DNA of 64,000 bases from a bacterium (GTDB lineage: Bacteria > Bacteroidota > Bacteroidia > B-17B0 > Aurantibacillaceae): positions 83,885 through 147,884 of the forward strand of contig JAQSCW010000023.1 of NCBI GenBank assembly GCA_029945625.1. Reading direction: 5' to 3'. Below are positions 47,711 through 57,941 of this stretch, piece after piece. The translations under genes were made by a program, and so were the position numbers. The notes under the pieces are model-generated. The model did not search any database. It was not told the DNA's origin and was given only the letters and a program-made list of their open reading frames with translations. Position 1 is the first letter of the stretch, and each line of letters starts with the position of its first letter.

Positions 47711-48538
47711 ATGAAGACAGTAATTACCAGCGAAGACCGATCTTTCATCGATATACGGGAGCTAAAACGATATTTGGGTCTGTTTAAATATCTTTCATTA
47801 AGGGATGTTTTTGTCCGCTACAAACAAACCTGGTTGGGATTTGGCTGGTCAATCATACGACCGCTGATCAATATTGTAATTTTTGGTCTCTTATCGTATT
47901 TGGTAGATAAATCTCAAAACTTCCAGGATCGATTTGTGATTGTTTCGGGTGGGGTCGTATTCTGGCAATTACTTTCTACGGCAATATTAGATGTCAGCAA
48001 TTCATTGACTTCCAATTCTAACATTTTAACCAAGGTTTATTTTCCTAAATTGTTATTGCCGGCTTCAAGCATTCTCGTGTGCCTTATTGATTTTCTTATC
48101 GCCTTCGTTATTTTTTTGATCTTGTATTTTGTTTTTAAAGGATTGCCTACCCTTCATATTTTGCTGTTGCCATTGGTATTGGTTTATGGCCTTATTTTTT
48201 CGTTTGCCATTGGACTTGTTTTCGCCACTGCTTCTGTAAAGTTTCGCGACATAAAATTTATCCTTCCATTTCTGATCCAGATTTTGTTTTATGCCTCGCC
48301 GGTATTCTTAAGTTCGGAGTTTGTTTTAAAACAAAACCTTCCTCAATTCCTAAAAGTGATCTACCAGCTCAATCCCTTTGTATTTATTTTAAATGCATTC
48401 AAATTCTCTTTATTCGGAACATTTGAGAATTTTGATCCGTTTTATGCCTGCAGCTCCGTTCTCATCACGGTTCTTGCACTTGTTTTTTCGGTGAAGTACT
48501 TCCTGAATTTTGAAAAATCATTTGCAGATTATATTTAG
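47711..48538 (+). CDS. wzm: ABC-2 type polysaccharide export permease
   Basis: Six hydrophobic helices and the LRDVFVRYKQTWLGFGWSIIRPL N-terminal ABC-2 motif. I prefer the ATG start at 47711 over the TTG at 47696. Confidence 0.85.
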   Translation: MKTVITSEDRSFIDIRELKRYLGLFKYLSLRDVFVRYKQTWLGFGWSIIRPLINIVIFGLLSYLVDKSQNFQDRFVIVSGGVVFWQLLSTAILDVSNSLTSNSNILTKVYFPKLLLPASSILVCLIDFLIAFVIFLILYFVFKGLPTLHILLLPLVLVYGLIFSFAIGLVFATASVKFRDIKFILPFLIQILFYASPVFLSSEFVLKQNLPQFLKVIYQLNPFVFILNAFKFSLFGTFENFDPFYACSSVLITVLALVFSVKYFLNFEKSFADYI

Positions 48539-48540
48539 TT

Positions 48541-49812
48541 ATGAGTGAGATCGCCATAAGTGTGAGTGACGTGAGCAAGAAATACATCATTTCTCATCAG
48601 CAAGACAATAAAGCCGACTCCCTCATCGAAGCTTTTGCCGGTGGGGTGAGGGGACTTTTTTCGGCAAGACAAAAACAGAACAAAGAAGATTTTTGGGCAT
48701 TAACAGAAATAACCTTTGAGATAAATAAAGGTGATCGTATTGGAATTATTGGTCGAAACGGCGCAGGCAAATCTACACTACTCAAAATACTAAGCCGAAT
48801 TGTTAAGCCTACTACCGGCCGCATCGAATTTGAAGGACGTGTGGCAAGTTTATTGGAAGTGGGAACAGGTTTCCACGGCGATCTTACAGGGCGAGAGAAT
48901 ATTTATCTGAACGGTTCAATTTTAGGAATGACGAAACGCGAGATTGATGCTAAGTTCGATGAGATTGTTGCGTTTAGTGAGATCGAAACTTTTTTAGACA
49001 CACCCGTAAAAAAATATTCATCGGGGATGTACGTTCGGCTTGCATTTGCGGTTGCCGCGCACCTTGAACCGGAAATCTTAATTGTGGACGAGGTATTGGC
49101 CGTGGGTGATTCTGCGTTTCAAAAGAAATGTCTCGGCAAGATGGAAGATGCCAGTCAAAAAGATGGAAAAACCATTCTCTTCGTCAGTCACAGCATTGAA
49201 ACTGTTCTTCGATTGTGTAATAAGGGTATTTTATTGGAAAAAGGAAGAATGAAAGCATTCGGTCCCATGAACGAAGTGGCTAAAGTGTATTTATCTACAA
49301 ACACGGGTTTTAGTTCTAAACGAACCTGGGAAAGAAAAGACCCCGGGCATCGCCACAATAAAGCGGTACAATTAATCAGTGTGGTTGTGCACGATGAAGA
49401 TGCTGTGAATCGGGAAGAGTTTGACATTACCAAACCTATTGGCATTACTACCGAATATGAGGTCATGGATGACAACCTGATCTTTACGCATAGTTATAAT
49501 TTTCATAATGAAGAGGGACTCAATATCTTTAATACGCATGATACGGTATCTGACTATCGAAAAAAACCTCGTGAGAAGGGAATTTATCGTGCCACCATGT
49601 GGATAGAGCCCAATTTGCTGGCTGAAGGATTAGTAACAGTGGGAGTAGCAGCCATTCGCATTCAAACCAATGAACTTTATTTCCACGAACTGAGCGCCGT
49701 TTCATTTACTGTCCGTGATTACATGAAGGGCAACTCGGCAAGGGGCGAATACACGCTCGGATTCCCGGGCATTGTAAGGCCCTTGTGTAAATGGCAAACC
49801 ATAAAATTATAG
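48541..49812 (+). CDS. wzt: Polysaccharide ABC exporter ATP-binding protein with C-terminal extra domain
   Basis: Walker A GRNGAGKST, signature YSSGM, Walker B ILIVDE. An additional C-terminal beta-rich domain of about 170 aa sits in the position of the Wzt carbohydrate-binding domain. Confidence 0.9.
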   Translation: MSEIAISVSDVSKKYIISHQQDNKADSLIEAFAGGVRGLFSARQKQNKEDFWALTEITFEINKGDRIGIIGRNGAGKSTLLKILSRIVKPTTGRIEFEGRVASLLEVGTGFHGDLTGRENIYLNGSILGMTKREIDAKFDEIVAFSEIETFLDTPVKKYSSGMYVRLAFAVAAHLEPEILIVDEVLAVGDSAFQKKCLGKMEDASQKDGKTILFVSHSIETVLRLCNKGILLEKGRMKAFGPMNEVAKVYLSTNTGFSSKRTWERKDPGHRHNKAVQLISVVVHDEDAVNREEFDITKPIGITTEYEVMDDNLIFTHSYNFHNEEGLNIFNTHDTVSDYRKKPREKGIYRATMWIEPNLLAEGLVTVGVAAIRIQTNELYFHELSAVSFTVRDYMKGNSARGEYTLGFPGIVRPLCKWQTIKL

Positions 49813-50601
49813 ATGATGTTAAAACGCATTGCCAGGAAACTTTTTCCTGATACCTACAGTAAACTATATCAGTTCAAGAATTTTAATCCCGACGACTACG
49901 TGATGCTTCCAAAAGCTGAGCTCACATATAAGAACGATCTTTTGTACACGTTTCACAATGCCGATTTTATTAAGGAACCTCTTTTTGCCGAATCCTATCG
50001 TTTATGTAAAGAAATTGGAGGCGATCTTCTAAAAGATTATGACATTCAATGGCGCGTGTACATGTTATGCTGTGCGGCCCATCATGCTAGCAAGTTAGAA
50101 GGTGATTTTGTGGATTGTGGCGTATATACCGGTTTTTGCACAAGGGCCATCACGCATTTTGTTTCTTTTGAAAAATTAAATAAAAAGTATTATTTAATGG
50201 ATACGTTTGAAGGTCTCGACCCAAAGTACAGTTCAGCATACGAAATGACGCGAAATGAGAAACTGGGTTACGGTAGCATGGGCAGTCTTTATGAGAATGT
50301 GAAAAACACCTTCAAAAATTATAATGTAGAACTGGTAAAAGGCCCCATCCCTGAAACTCTACCTTTGGTAAAGACAGAGAAGATCGCGTTTTTGTCAATC
50401 GACATGAATACCGAAGTTCCTGAAATTGCCGCGATGGAATATTTTTGGGATAAGCTGGTGAGTGGCGCTATCATTGTGCTCGACGATTACGGCTATCCGG
50501 GATGTTTGAATCAGAAGTTGGCGCACGATAAATTCGCGAAATCCAAAGGACTCCTCGTTTTCCCTCTTCCTACTTGTCAGGGTTTGATTATTAAACCATA
50601 A
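49813..50601 (+). CDS. TylF/MycF-family (macrocin-O-methyltransferase-like) SAM methyltransferase
   Basis: 262 aa. GDFVDCGVYTGF, FLSIDMN and IIVLDDYGYPG are motifs of the TylF family. Confidence 0.65.
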   Translation: MMLKRIARKLFPDTYSKLYQFKNFNPDDYVMLPKAELTYKNDLLYTFHNADFIKEPLFAESYRLCKEIGGDLLKDYDIQWRVYMLCCAAHHASKLEGDFVDCGVYTGFCTRAITHFVSFEKLNKKYYLMDTFEGLDPKYSSAYEMTRNEKLGYGSMGSLYENVKNTFKNYNVELVKGPIPETLPLVKTEKIAFLSIDMNTEVPEIAAMEYFWDKLVSGAIIVLDDYGYPGCLNQKLAHDKFAKSKGLLVFPLPTCQGLIIKP

Positions 50602-50605
50602 ACAC

Positions 50606-51484
50606 ATGAAAGTCAAGGTTTCAATATGTATTCCCTGCTTCAATCAAACTGAGTTTTTAAGAAGAAACCTGGAATCGATCTTGAATCAGGACTTTACTGA
50701 TTATGAGATCATCATGAGTGATGATTCCACTTCGGGTGACGTGGAGGCCCTGGTGACGGAACTGCTCGCGAACAAAAAATTAGTGTATTCTTACTCAAGA
50801 AACAAGGTTCCTTTGGGTTCTCCCGCAAACTGGAATCACGCGATTTCCCAGGCGCAGGGTGATTATATTAAAATAATGCACCACGATGATTGGTTTTCGA
50901 AACGAACAAGTTTGTCTGCATTTGTCAGGGCATTAGATGAAAATGTCCAATCTGATTTTGTGTTTTGTGATTCGGAAGTTTACGATGTTCAAAACAAAAC
51001 CAGCAGGGTAGCCAAACCAAGCGATGATTTTTTGTCAAAACTGCAAAAGGATAGCACAGTTCTGTTCATGAATAATCAAATTGGGGCGCCGTCGGCGATG
51101 ATGTTCAGAGCAAACAAAACCATAACTTTTGATGAGAAAATCAGTTATTTGGTAGATATTGATTTTTATATGCGTTCATTAAATGCAAATCCAACGTACT
51201 CTTATATTCATGAATCTTTGATTGTAAATACAACTAATTTACCAACTCAGGTCACAGCCGCTTCTGTTAACAAAAAAATTCAAATTGGAGAGTATTGTTA
51301 CCTCTATAACAAAACATTTGCCGGTGAATTTCCGAAACGTGAATATCGAATTTTTTTTAGAAATCTATTCTCTTGGTACCAACTTGGTTCCTTTCATGAA
51401 ATAAGTGAAATGGGTTCTGAAACGCCCAAACCCGAATGGATCTTTCGATGGCTCTTGTTTTTATCAAGATTTAAAGCCGCATGA
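50606..51484 (+). CDS. Glycosyltransferase family 2
   Basis: VSICIPCFNQTEFL, IMSDDSTSGD, and HHDD (DXD-like). Confidence 0.8.
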   Translation: MKVKVSICIPCFNQTEFLRRNLESILNQDFTDYEIIMSDDSTSGDVEALVTELLANKKLVYSYSRNKVPLGSPANWNHAISQAQGDYIKIMHHDDWFSKRTSLSAFVRALDENVQSDFVFCDSEVYDVQNKTSRVAKPSDDFLSKLQKDSTVLFMNNQIGAPSAMMFRANKTITFDEKISYLVDIDFYMRSLNANPTYSYIHESLIVNTTNLPTQVTAASVNKKIQIGEYCYLYNKTFAGEFPKREYRIFFRNLFSWYQLGSFHEISEMGSETPKPEWIFRWLLFLSRFKAA

Positions 51485-52479
51485 CCGAGCCTCTTGTAAG
51501 CGTCATATTACCTGTGTATAATGCGGGGGAGTTCTTAAAAGAAGCCATTAAGAGTATTCTTACGCAGTCGTATTCCAATTTCGAGTTCATCATTATTAAC
51601 GATGGTTCTTCCGATGATTCTGAAAAAGTAATTTTGTCTTATAACGATTCCCGGGTCAGGTATATTTCTCAAGTGAACCAAGGACTGGGAGCTACACTCA
51701 ATACCGGACTTTCCCTTGCTAAGGGAACATTTATTGCACGACAAGATCAGGATGATATTTCACATCCCACAAGGCTTAAAAAACAAGTTGATTTTTTAGA
51801 ACTTCATTCCAATATCCTTCTTTTAGGAACCAGAGCGCAGATTGTTGAGAAGGGCTCGCAGCAGATGAAATTCCATAACCATGCAACACATCCTGCAGAC
51901 CTCAAATTTGATTTGTTGTTCAATAATCCCTTTGTGCACAGCAGCGTGATGTTTAGAAAGGAAGTCACAGATCTTATTGGAGTTTATAACCCTGATCGAA
52001 ACGCCTACGAAGACTATGACCTATGGTCACGCATGGCGTCTCGGGGTGATGTGGCAAATCTTTCGGAGGTGCTGGTGGACTATCGGCATCATGAAAAAGG
52101 TCTTTCTAAAAACCTGTCCAATTTTAGCGAGCACGCCCTATTTGAGCAAGGCAAAGCAAATTTGGAACAACTCCTTGGTTTAAAAGAGGAAGTGTTGAAT
52201 GATGTGTTAGCTTTATTCCATTCTAATTATGATCTCTATTCGGGCACGTCTGCAAAAAGTTTAGAAAATGGAATGAAATTGATTGCCGATAAGATCTACA
52301 ATTTATATCCGGATGAGAAGTTGAGAGTGGAAGAAAGAAAAAATCAATACCTGAAGATCGTCCGCTACCGATTAAATATATTCAACAGGGAAAAATTCAA
52401 AACTAGCCCATTAAAAGTACTCCTGTTAAAAATCGAAAGTAAGCTCCAAGGACTTCAATCGGAAATTATAAATGACTAA
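51481..52479 (+). CDS. Glycosyltransferase family 2
   Basis: VSVILPVYNAGEFL, IINDGSSDDS, ARQDQDDIS. ATGA overlap with the upstream gene. Confidence 0.85.
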   Translation: MTEPLVSVILPVYNAGEFLKEAIKSILTQSYSNFEFIIINDGSSDDSEKVILSYNDSRVRYISQVNQGLGATLNTGLSLAKGTFIARQDQDDISHPTRLKKQVDFLELHSNILLLGTRAQIVEKGSQQMKFHNHATHPADLKFDLLFNNPFVHSSVMFRKEVTDLIGVYNPDRNAYEDYDLWSRMASRGDVANLSEVLVDYRHHEKGLSKNLSNFSEHALFEQGKANLEQLLGLKEEVLNDVLALFHSNYDLYSGTSAKSLENGMKLIADKIYNLYPDEKLRVEERKNQYLKIVRYRLNIFNREKFKTSPLKVLLLKIESKLQGLQSEIIND

Positions 52480-52521
52480 GTTTAGGGCGTTGAACTGTTG
52501 CAAAAAATATAATAGTATTGA

Positions 52522-53700
52522 ATGAAGATTATTCATTGCGTTGAATCCTACTATCCCGCAATAGGCGGTATGCCGGAAGTTGTAAAACAACTTTCGGAGC
52601 GACTCGTCAAAATGGGTCATGACGTCACAGTGGTTACTAGAGTACACAATGACCGAACATTGGGCAGTTACAATGGCGTGAAGGTCGTTTCATTTGCAAT
52701 CACCGGAAATCCGAAAGAGGCCACGAGTCCTGAAGAAAAAGCGTATGTAGATTTTTTGCTGGCTACCTCTTGCGATGTGATTACTTTTTTCGCGGCACAA
52801 CAATGGGCCACTGATCTGGCATTACCGGTCCTTAAAAAGATACACGCAAAAAAGGTAATGGTTCCTACCGGCTATTCGGCACTTTATGATCCGGCCTACA
52901 CAAATTATTTTGAGGTAATGAAAGCGCGAATTCACGATTATGACATGAACGTGTATTTGAGTAATGATTACAGGGATATAAATTTTGCAAGAGAAAACAA
53001 GGTAAAAAATATTATAGTAATTCCAAATGGAGCGGCAGCCGATGAATTTCTAAAAGAAGATTTGCCTGATGTGAGAAAAGAACTTGGTATTCCTGCAAGC
53101 GATTTTTTAATTCTCATGGTGGGTTCTTACACCGGCATTAAAGGTCACAGAGAAACTGTGGAGCTATTTCTCCGGTCAAAGATCAAACGTACCACGCTGC
53201 TCATGATTGGGCATAATTATAAGGGCTTTTGGAAACAGTACCTCCATAACGCTTCATTGGCTTGGCTTTATGTTAAAGGAAGGTTGTTTTTGGGAAAGAA
53301 AATTATTTTCAACTTTTTTCCGCGTTCATTTACTGTAGCAGCCTATAAACAATCTAATCTGTTTCTGTTTCCTTCCAATGTAGAGTGTTCCCCAATCGTA
53401 CTTTTTGAATGCGCGGCAGCTAAACTTCCTTTTCTCGCAACCGATGTGGGAAATTCGGCCGAAATTGCTGAATGGACGGAAGGTGGGCTGATCCTTCCTA
53501 CTTCGAAAGATGAAAAAGGATTTAGTCATGTTCGTATGAAAGAGGGCGTTGTGATGTTGAACAGCGTTTATGCCGACAAGAAAAAAATGGCCACCATGTC
53601 GGAGAAAGCCTTTGAGAATTGGAAAGAGAGATACAGGTGGGAAGTGATAGCCGGAAAGTACGAACAAATGTATTTGAATTTGTTGCATGATAGTCACTAA
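52522..53700 (+). CDS. Glycosyltransferase family 4 (GT-B)
   Basis: N-terminal KIIHCVESYYPAIGGMPEVV and C-terminal ECSPIVLFECAAAKLPFLATDVGN. Confidence 0.7.
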   Translation: MKIIHCVESYYPAIGGMPEVVKQLSERLVKMGHDVTVVTRVHNDRTLGSYNGVKVVSFAITGNPKEATSPEEKAYVDFLLATSCDVITFFAAQQWATDLALPVLKKIHAKKVMVPTGYSALYDPAYTNYFEVMKARIHDYDMNVYLSNDYRDINFARENKVKNIIVIPNGAAADEFLKEDLPDVRKELGIPASDFLILMVGSYTGIKGHRETVELFLRSKIKRTTLLMIGHNYKGFWKQYLHNASLAWLYVKGRLFLGKKIIFNFFPRSFTVAAYKQSNLFLFPSNVECSPIVLFECAAAKLPFLATDVGNSAEIAEWTEGGLILPTSKDEKGFSHVRMKEGVVMLNSVYADKKKMATMSEKAFENWKERYRWEVIAGKYEQMYLNLLHDSH

Positions 53701-54553
53701 ATTAATGGGTGGACTGGGAAACCAGATGTTTCAATATGCTGCCGGAAGGTTTCTAGCATGGAAACAGGATGTGCCCCTTTTTGTGGATTCCGGATTTCTG
53801 GAAGCTGATCCCGCTGGTAAATACACAAAACGAAAATTGGAATTGGACCAACTTCATGTTAAACTTATAATTGCGGATAAAAGGATCCTAAAAACGTTTC
53901 GCCAAGGTCGTTTTCGTTCACTTTTGAGAAGTTTTTCACATGGAGGCAAGACAACAATTCTTAGCGATACGCACCGTTTTAACGAAGCATTTTTACAAAC
54001 AGGGAATTCTGCTTATTTGAACGGCTTTTGGCAATCGGAACTATATTTCATACCAATTCGTTCGCTGCTGCTAGAAGAATTTACGCCTAATTTTGAGTTT
54101 TCGGCCGACGAAACAAAATTACGCGAGCGAATTCAGTCTTCTTCAAATTCAGTTGCTATTCATGTGCGCCGGGGTGATTATGTGAATCACGCGGAAGCAA
54201 GTCAGTTTCACGGAGTTTGTGATATGAATTATTACGATGCTGCAATTTTGTATGTTAAGAGTAGGGTGGAGCTGCCCGAATTTTTTATTTTTAGCGACGA
54301 CATTGGCTGGTGCAGGTCAAACTTTGGCAGTTTGGCAAATTGTATATTTGTTGAAACGAAAAGTGCACATGCCGCTACCGATCTTTTCTTAATGGCAGAG
54401 TGCAACCACAATATTATTGCTAATAGCAGTTACAGCTGGTGGTCGGCTTGGTTAAACAAAAATGAGAAGAAAATGGTAATTGCCCCTAAAAGCTGGTTCC
54501 GGGAGCCTAACTTTAATCCTGATATTTATTGCAGCAACTGGATCAGAAGGTAA
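53687..54553 (+). CDS. Alpha-1,2-fucosyltransferase (GT11)
   Basis: GGLGNQMFQYAAGR, HVRRGDY and NSSYSWWSAWL, the three GT11 signature motifs. Confidence 0.85.
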   Translation: MIVTKLMGGLGNQMFQYAAGRFLAWKQDVPLFVDSGFLEADPAGKYTKRKLELDQLHVKLIIADKRILKTFRQGRFRSLLRSFSHGGKTTILSDTHRFNEAFLQTGNSAYLNGFWQSELYFIPIRSLLLEEFTPNFEFSADETKLRERIQSSSNSVAIHVRRGDYVNHAEASQFHGVCDMNYYDAAILYVKSRVELPEFFIFSDDIGWCRSNFGSLANCIFVETKSAHAATDLFLMAECNHNIIANSSYSWWSAWLNKNEKKMVIAPKSWFREPNFNPDIYCSNWIRR

Positions 54554-54590
54554 GAGTTTGTATGAATACAATCTAAACTAGATTAAAGGA

Positions 54591-56582
54591 ATGAAGGAGG
54601 GTTCAATCCCAAAAATATCTGTAATTATGCCTGTTTTTAATGCTGAAAAGTATTTAAGAGAGGCGATGGATAGTGTCTTGAATCAAACGTTCAGCGATTT
54701 TGAATTTATAGTGGTAAATGATGGCAGCGCAGATCGTAGCGAGGAGATTATTCTCTCGTATACCGATCGCAGGATCGTGTACATCCGAAATCAAACAAAT
54801 GTTGGATTAATCGCCACACTCAACAACACCGTGCTATTAGCTAAGGGAAACTACATTGCGCGGATGGACAACGACGATATTTGTGATCCACGAAGATTTG
54901 AGTTGCAATTGCACTATTTTTCGGAATTCCCAAAGGCAAAAATGATTTGCTCCCCCATTGTAATGATTAACGAATTTGGAAGGGAAACCGGTTTCTGGCC
55001 AGCTGATAGAAATTCATCGACCTACCAAGAAATGGTGACTACTCTTCCCTGGGAGAATTGCATCGCACATCCAACCATAATGATTGAACGCGAACTCCTC
55101 TCGAAGTATTTATTTAGTCCACGTCAGAAAGGAAGTGAAGATTGGGATCTCTGGCTGCGTTTGGTGCGCGATAAAGTACGCATCGAAAAAACGAAGGAGG
55201 TGCTTTTAAAGTATCGCGTTCACCAGACGTCAATAACGCAATTGTATAAAAAGCGAGTCTCTTCCCAATTAAAATCAGCAGCAGTAAAATTGAAATTTGT
55301 AGGTGGTTCATTGGCACAGTTCAGGATAAATTATTTTGTACTTAAAACAGGTTTTACAATTTACAAGGATCTGGGTTATTATGTGAAAAAGAAGATTCTC
55401 AGTCTGAATGTAAGAAAATTAAAATGGTTATTTACCATCAGTCTGCGGCAAGCCTATAAACAAAGTAAGTTGTTGAAAAGTGCTTTGGCTTCCGCAAACA
55501 GTACCCATTTTCTATTTTTTCCTTATTCTCACCTTGGAGGCGCTGAGAAGGTGCATGCCGGCATCACACGACTTGCACAGGCTCAGAAGCCTTTTGTGTT
55601 TATTACCGGCCTTGATGATACCGGCGACTATGCTGAGCAATTTGGCCAACATTGCACGCTCCTTAGGGTGTCGAAGGCCCTTTATCATCCTTTTTTCTCT
55701 GCAAAAAACGAAATTCTTATTTCTAATAAAATTCATTCGGTGAAAGACGCGGTGGTGTTTGGTTGCAATAATCTCTTTTTCTACGATCTCCTATTAAAAT
55801 TAGATCCCTCCGTGTATGCAGTTGATCTCACGCATGACTTTGATTATGATCGCGACAGAGAATTTGCCCTGACTTACCTGCCCAATTACCTGCGCTGCAA
55901 TGAACGCATTTTTATAAGTAATGCGGCGCTGCAGAAGACCATTAAGTTTTATGAGCACCATCAGGTTTCTGAGGCGTTTACCAGCAGATTAAACCTAATC
56001 TATAATTTTGTTGATAGGCCCGCTGTGAAAGAAACTCGTTCAGAGGGTCCTCCTTTTCGGGTACTTTATGTGGGGCGAGACACCCCTGAAAAGCGTGTAG
56101 AACTTGTCTTTGAATTGGCTGCACTCTGTGAGAAGAGAAATTTACCGGTTGAATTTGTATGTGTTGGTCCTTTAAACAAAAGGCCCAACTATGAACAACT
56201 TAAAAATCTTAAATCGGAGGGCATTGTGATGGACGAAGAAAAGTTGTCGGGGATTTATGGTAGAGCCCATTTTACAATCATTACGTCCGAATCAGAGGGA
56301 TTTCCTCTCACCTTGGCAGAGGGGATGGTCCACGGATGTATTCCCTTGTCGACCGCTGTTGGCGACATACCTTTTCATATACAGCATACCGTAAACGGAC
56401 TTCTTTCTTACAAACATGCGGGTGAAGAGGTGGTGCTTGATCTGTTTCAACTACTAACGGAAATTACGAATAGCAAATATAACCTGACTCAGATGTCGGA
56501 CTCTGCACGTGCCTATGCGGAGCAGAAATTTGACAGAAGGACGTTTGTTTCGAAGTACCAAAAAGTACTTAAACTTAATTAG
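54591..56582 (+). CDS. Bifunctional glycosyltransferase, N-terminal GT2 fused to C-terminal GT4
   Basis: 663 aa. The N-terminus has ISVIMPVFNAEKYL, VVNDGSADRS and ARMDNDDI. The C-terminus has ITSESEGFPLTLAEGMVHGCIPLSTAVGDIP. Confidence 0.75.
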   Translation: MKEGSIPKISVIMPVFNAEKYLREAMDSVLNQTFSDFEFIVVNDGSADRSEEIILSYTDRRIVYIRNQTNVGLIATLNNTVLLAKGNYIARMDNDDICDPRRFELQLHYFSEFPKAKMICSPIVMINEFGRETGFWPADRNSSTYQEMVTTLPWENCIAHPTIMIERELLSKYLFSPRQKGSEDWDLWLRLVRDKVRIEKTKEVLLKYRVHQTSITQLYKKRVSSQLKSAAVKLKFVGGSLAQFRINYFVLKTGFTIYKDLGYYVKKKILSLNVRKLKWLFTISLRQAYKQSKLLKSALASANSTHFLFFPYSHLGGAEKVHAGITRLAQAQKPFVFITGLDDTGDYAEQFGQHCTLLRVSKALYHPFFSAKNEILISNKIHSVKDAVVFGCNNLFFYDLLLKLDPSVYAVDLTHDFDYDRDREFALTYLPNYLRCNERIFISNAALQKTIKFYEHHQVSEAFTSRLNLIYNFVDRPAVKETRSEGPPFRVLYVGRDTPEKRVELVFELAALCEKRNLPVEFVCVGPLNKRPNYEQLKNLKSEGIVMDEEKLSGIYGRAHFTIITSESEGFPLTLAEGMVHGCIPLSTAVGDIPFHIQHTVNGLLSYKHAGEEVVLDLFQLLTEITNSKYNLTQMSDSARAYAEQKFDRRTFVSKYQKVLKLN

Positions 56583-57717
56583 CTTTAATTTCCTTTGAAA
56601 ATTCGCTGGTCCAATGTGCCCAATTCAATTGACTTTCATAAAAATCCCGACTTGATAGGCAAAGTTGTTCATACACTCCCGGCTTGTTAATAATCTCACT
56701 TATTTTTTGCGCATAAGCTGCGCCACTATCTTCGTGGGAGATCAAGAACCCGTTCACCCCTTCCTTGATATGCCCTTCAACCCCTCCGGTGTGAGAGGAT
56801 AAAATCGGCAAACCAAAGGAGCTTGCCTCGCAGAATACGATAGGGGTACAATCAAATCGAGTTGGTAAAATAAAAAAGTGATGCGAGAGAAAAAGATCCC
56901 AAAGTGTTTTCAGCCCCTCTACTGAATTTTTATCCACAAAAGGAATTATGGTGAGATTTTTGTGTTTTAGGTCTTCCGGGGGCGTACATCCAACAACCGT
57001 GAGTGACACGTTGACATTATTTTGCAATAGAATTAGAAGTGTATTATAGGCAATGTCAGCTCCTTTGTTAAGCCAGTAGGTACCAATGAGCAAGAGTTTC
57101 CACTCTTTTTTAGTTTTTTCCTTTAATGCAGTGGCACGGTCGGGAACCTTATCCAAATTGGCACCAAATGGAATAACTCTTATTTTTCTTTCCGGAATTT
57201 GATACTTTTGTTTGGCGTGATCGGCTGCCCATTGTGAAGAAAAAAAGACTTTGGTGGAGGAGAGCATGGCTTTCTTGTCGGTATAAATACTTTGTCTTTC
57301 TGAGAACTTCCAAAGATTGCTCAAAATAGTATGATAATTTATAGCTCCTTCGATGGTTCTGTCCAGAATGTAATACACAGGTTTGTCCGCCTTGAGATAG
57401 GCACCAATCTCTGTACTTCCGCACAATACAATGCAATCGTAATCTACCTGTTTAAGTTTATTACTAAAGAGTCGTCCAAAAGCGCGCGAATAGATTTTTG
57501 AATGCCTGTAGTCGAATCGTTTCCTAAAATAAAATAGTGAGATCTTATTTAATACTGCCAAAAGGTATCGTATAAAAACCGGTCGGCCCGGCCCCAATGC
57601 AATAACGTTAAATCCGGCTTCGCGTAAAGCTTTGTATACATAGTGAACTGTACCCGACCAGGCATGCTTGTCTCCCGGCGCAGTTTCGGTGATGTATGCA
57701 ATTTTCGTGATTCGCAC
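56575..57717 (-). CDS. Glycosyltransferase family 4 (GT-B)
   Basis: 380 aa. TPIVFCEASSFGLPILSSHTGGVEGHIKEGVNGFL. Apparent GTG start. Its stop overlaps the convergent 54591-56582 gene by 8 nt. Confidence 0.7.
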   Translation of the reverse strand: MRITKIAYITETAPGDKHAWSGTVHYVYKALREAGFNVIALGPGRPVFIRYLLAVLNKISLFYFRKRFDYRHSKIYSRAFGRLFSNKLKQVDYDCIVLCGSTEIGAYLKADKPVYYILDRTIEGAINYHTILSNLWKFSERQSIYTDKKAMLSSTKVFFSSQWAADHAKQKYQIPERKIRVIPFGANLDKVPDRATALKEKTKKEWKLLLIGTYWLNKGADIAYNTLLILLQNNVNVSLTVVGCTPPEDLKHKNLTIIPFVDKNSVEGLKTLWDLFLSHHFFILPTRFDCTPIVFCEASSFGLPILSSHTGGVEGHIKEGVNGFLISHEDSGAAYAQKISEIINKPGVYEQLCLSSRDFYESQLNWAHWTSEFSKEIKAN

Positions 57718-57941
57718 GGGTCATAAATATACTATTAAAAACACATGCAATGCTCAGTATTTCTTATATTTGTCCTGTGTTTTTTAACTATTTTTCCATT
57801 TGTTTTTACCCGGTAGAATTTAGTAATGGAAACCCTAGAATTAATATTATTTCCGAATTACAGTCTGTATGAATCGTACTTTATTAACATCAACTCGCTC
57901 GTGAGGCTCCAAATAATTAATGTCATCCATCTCCAAATCCA

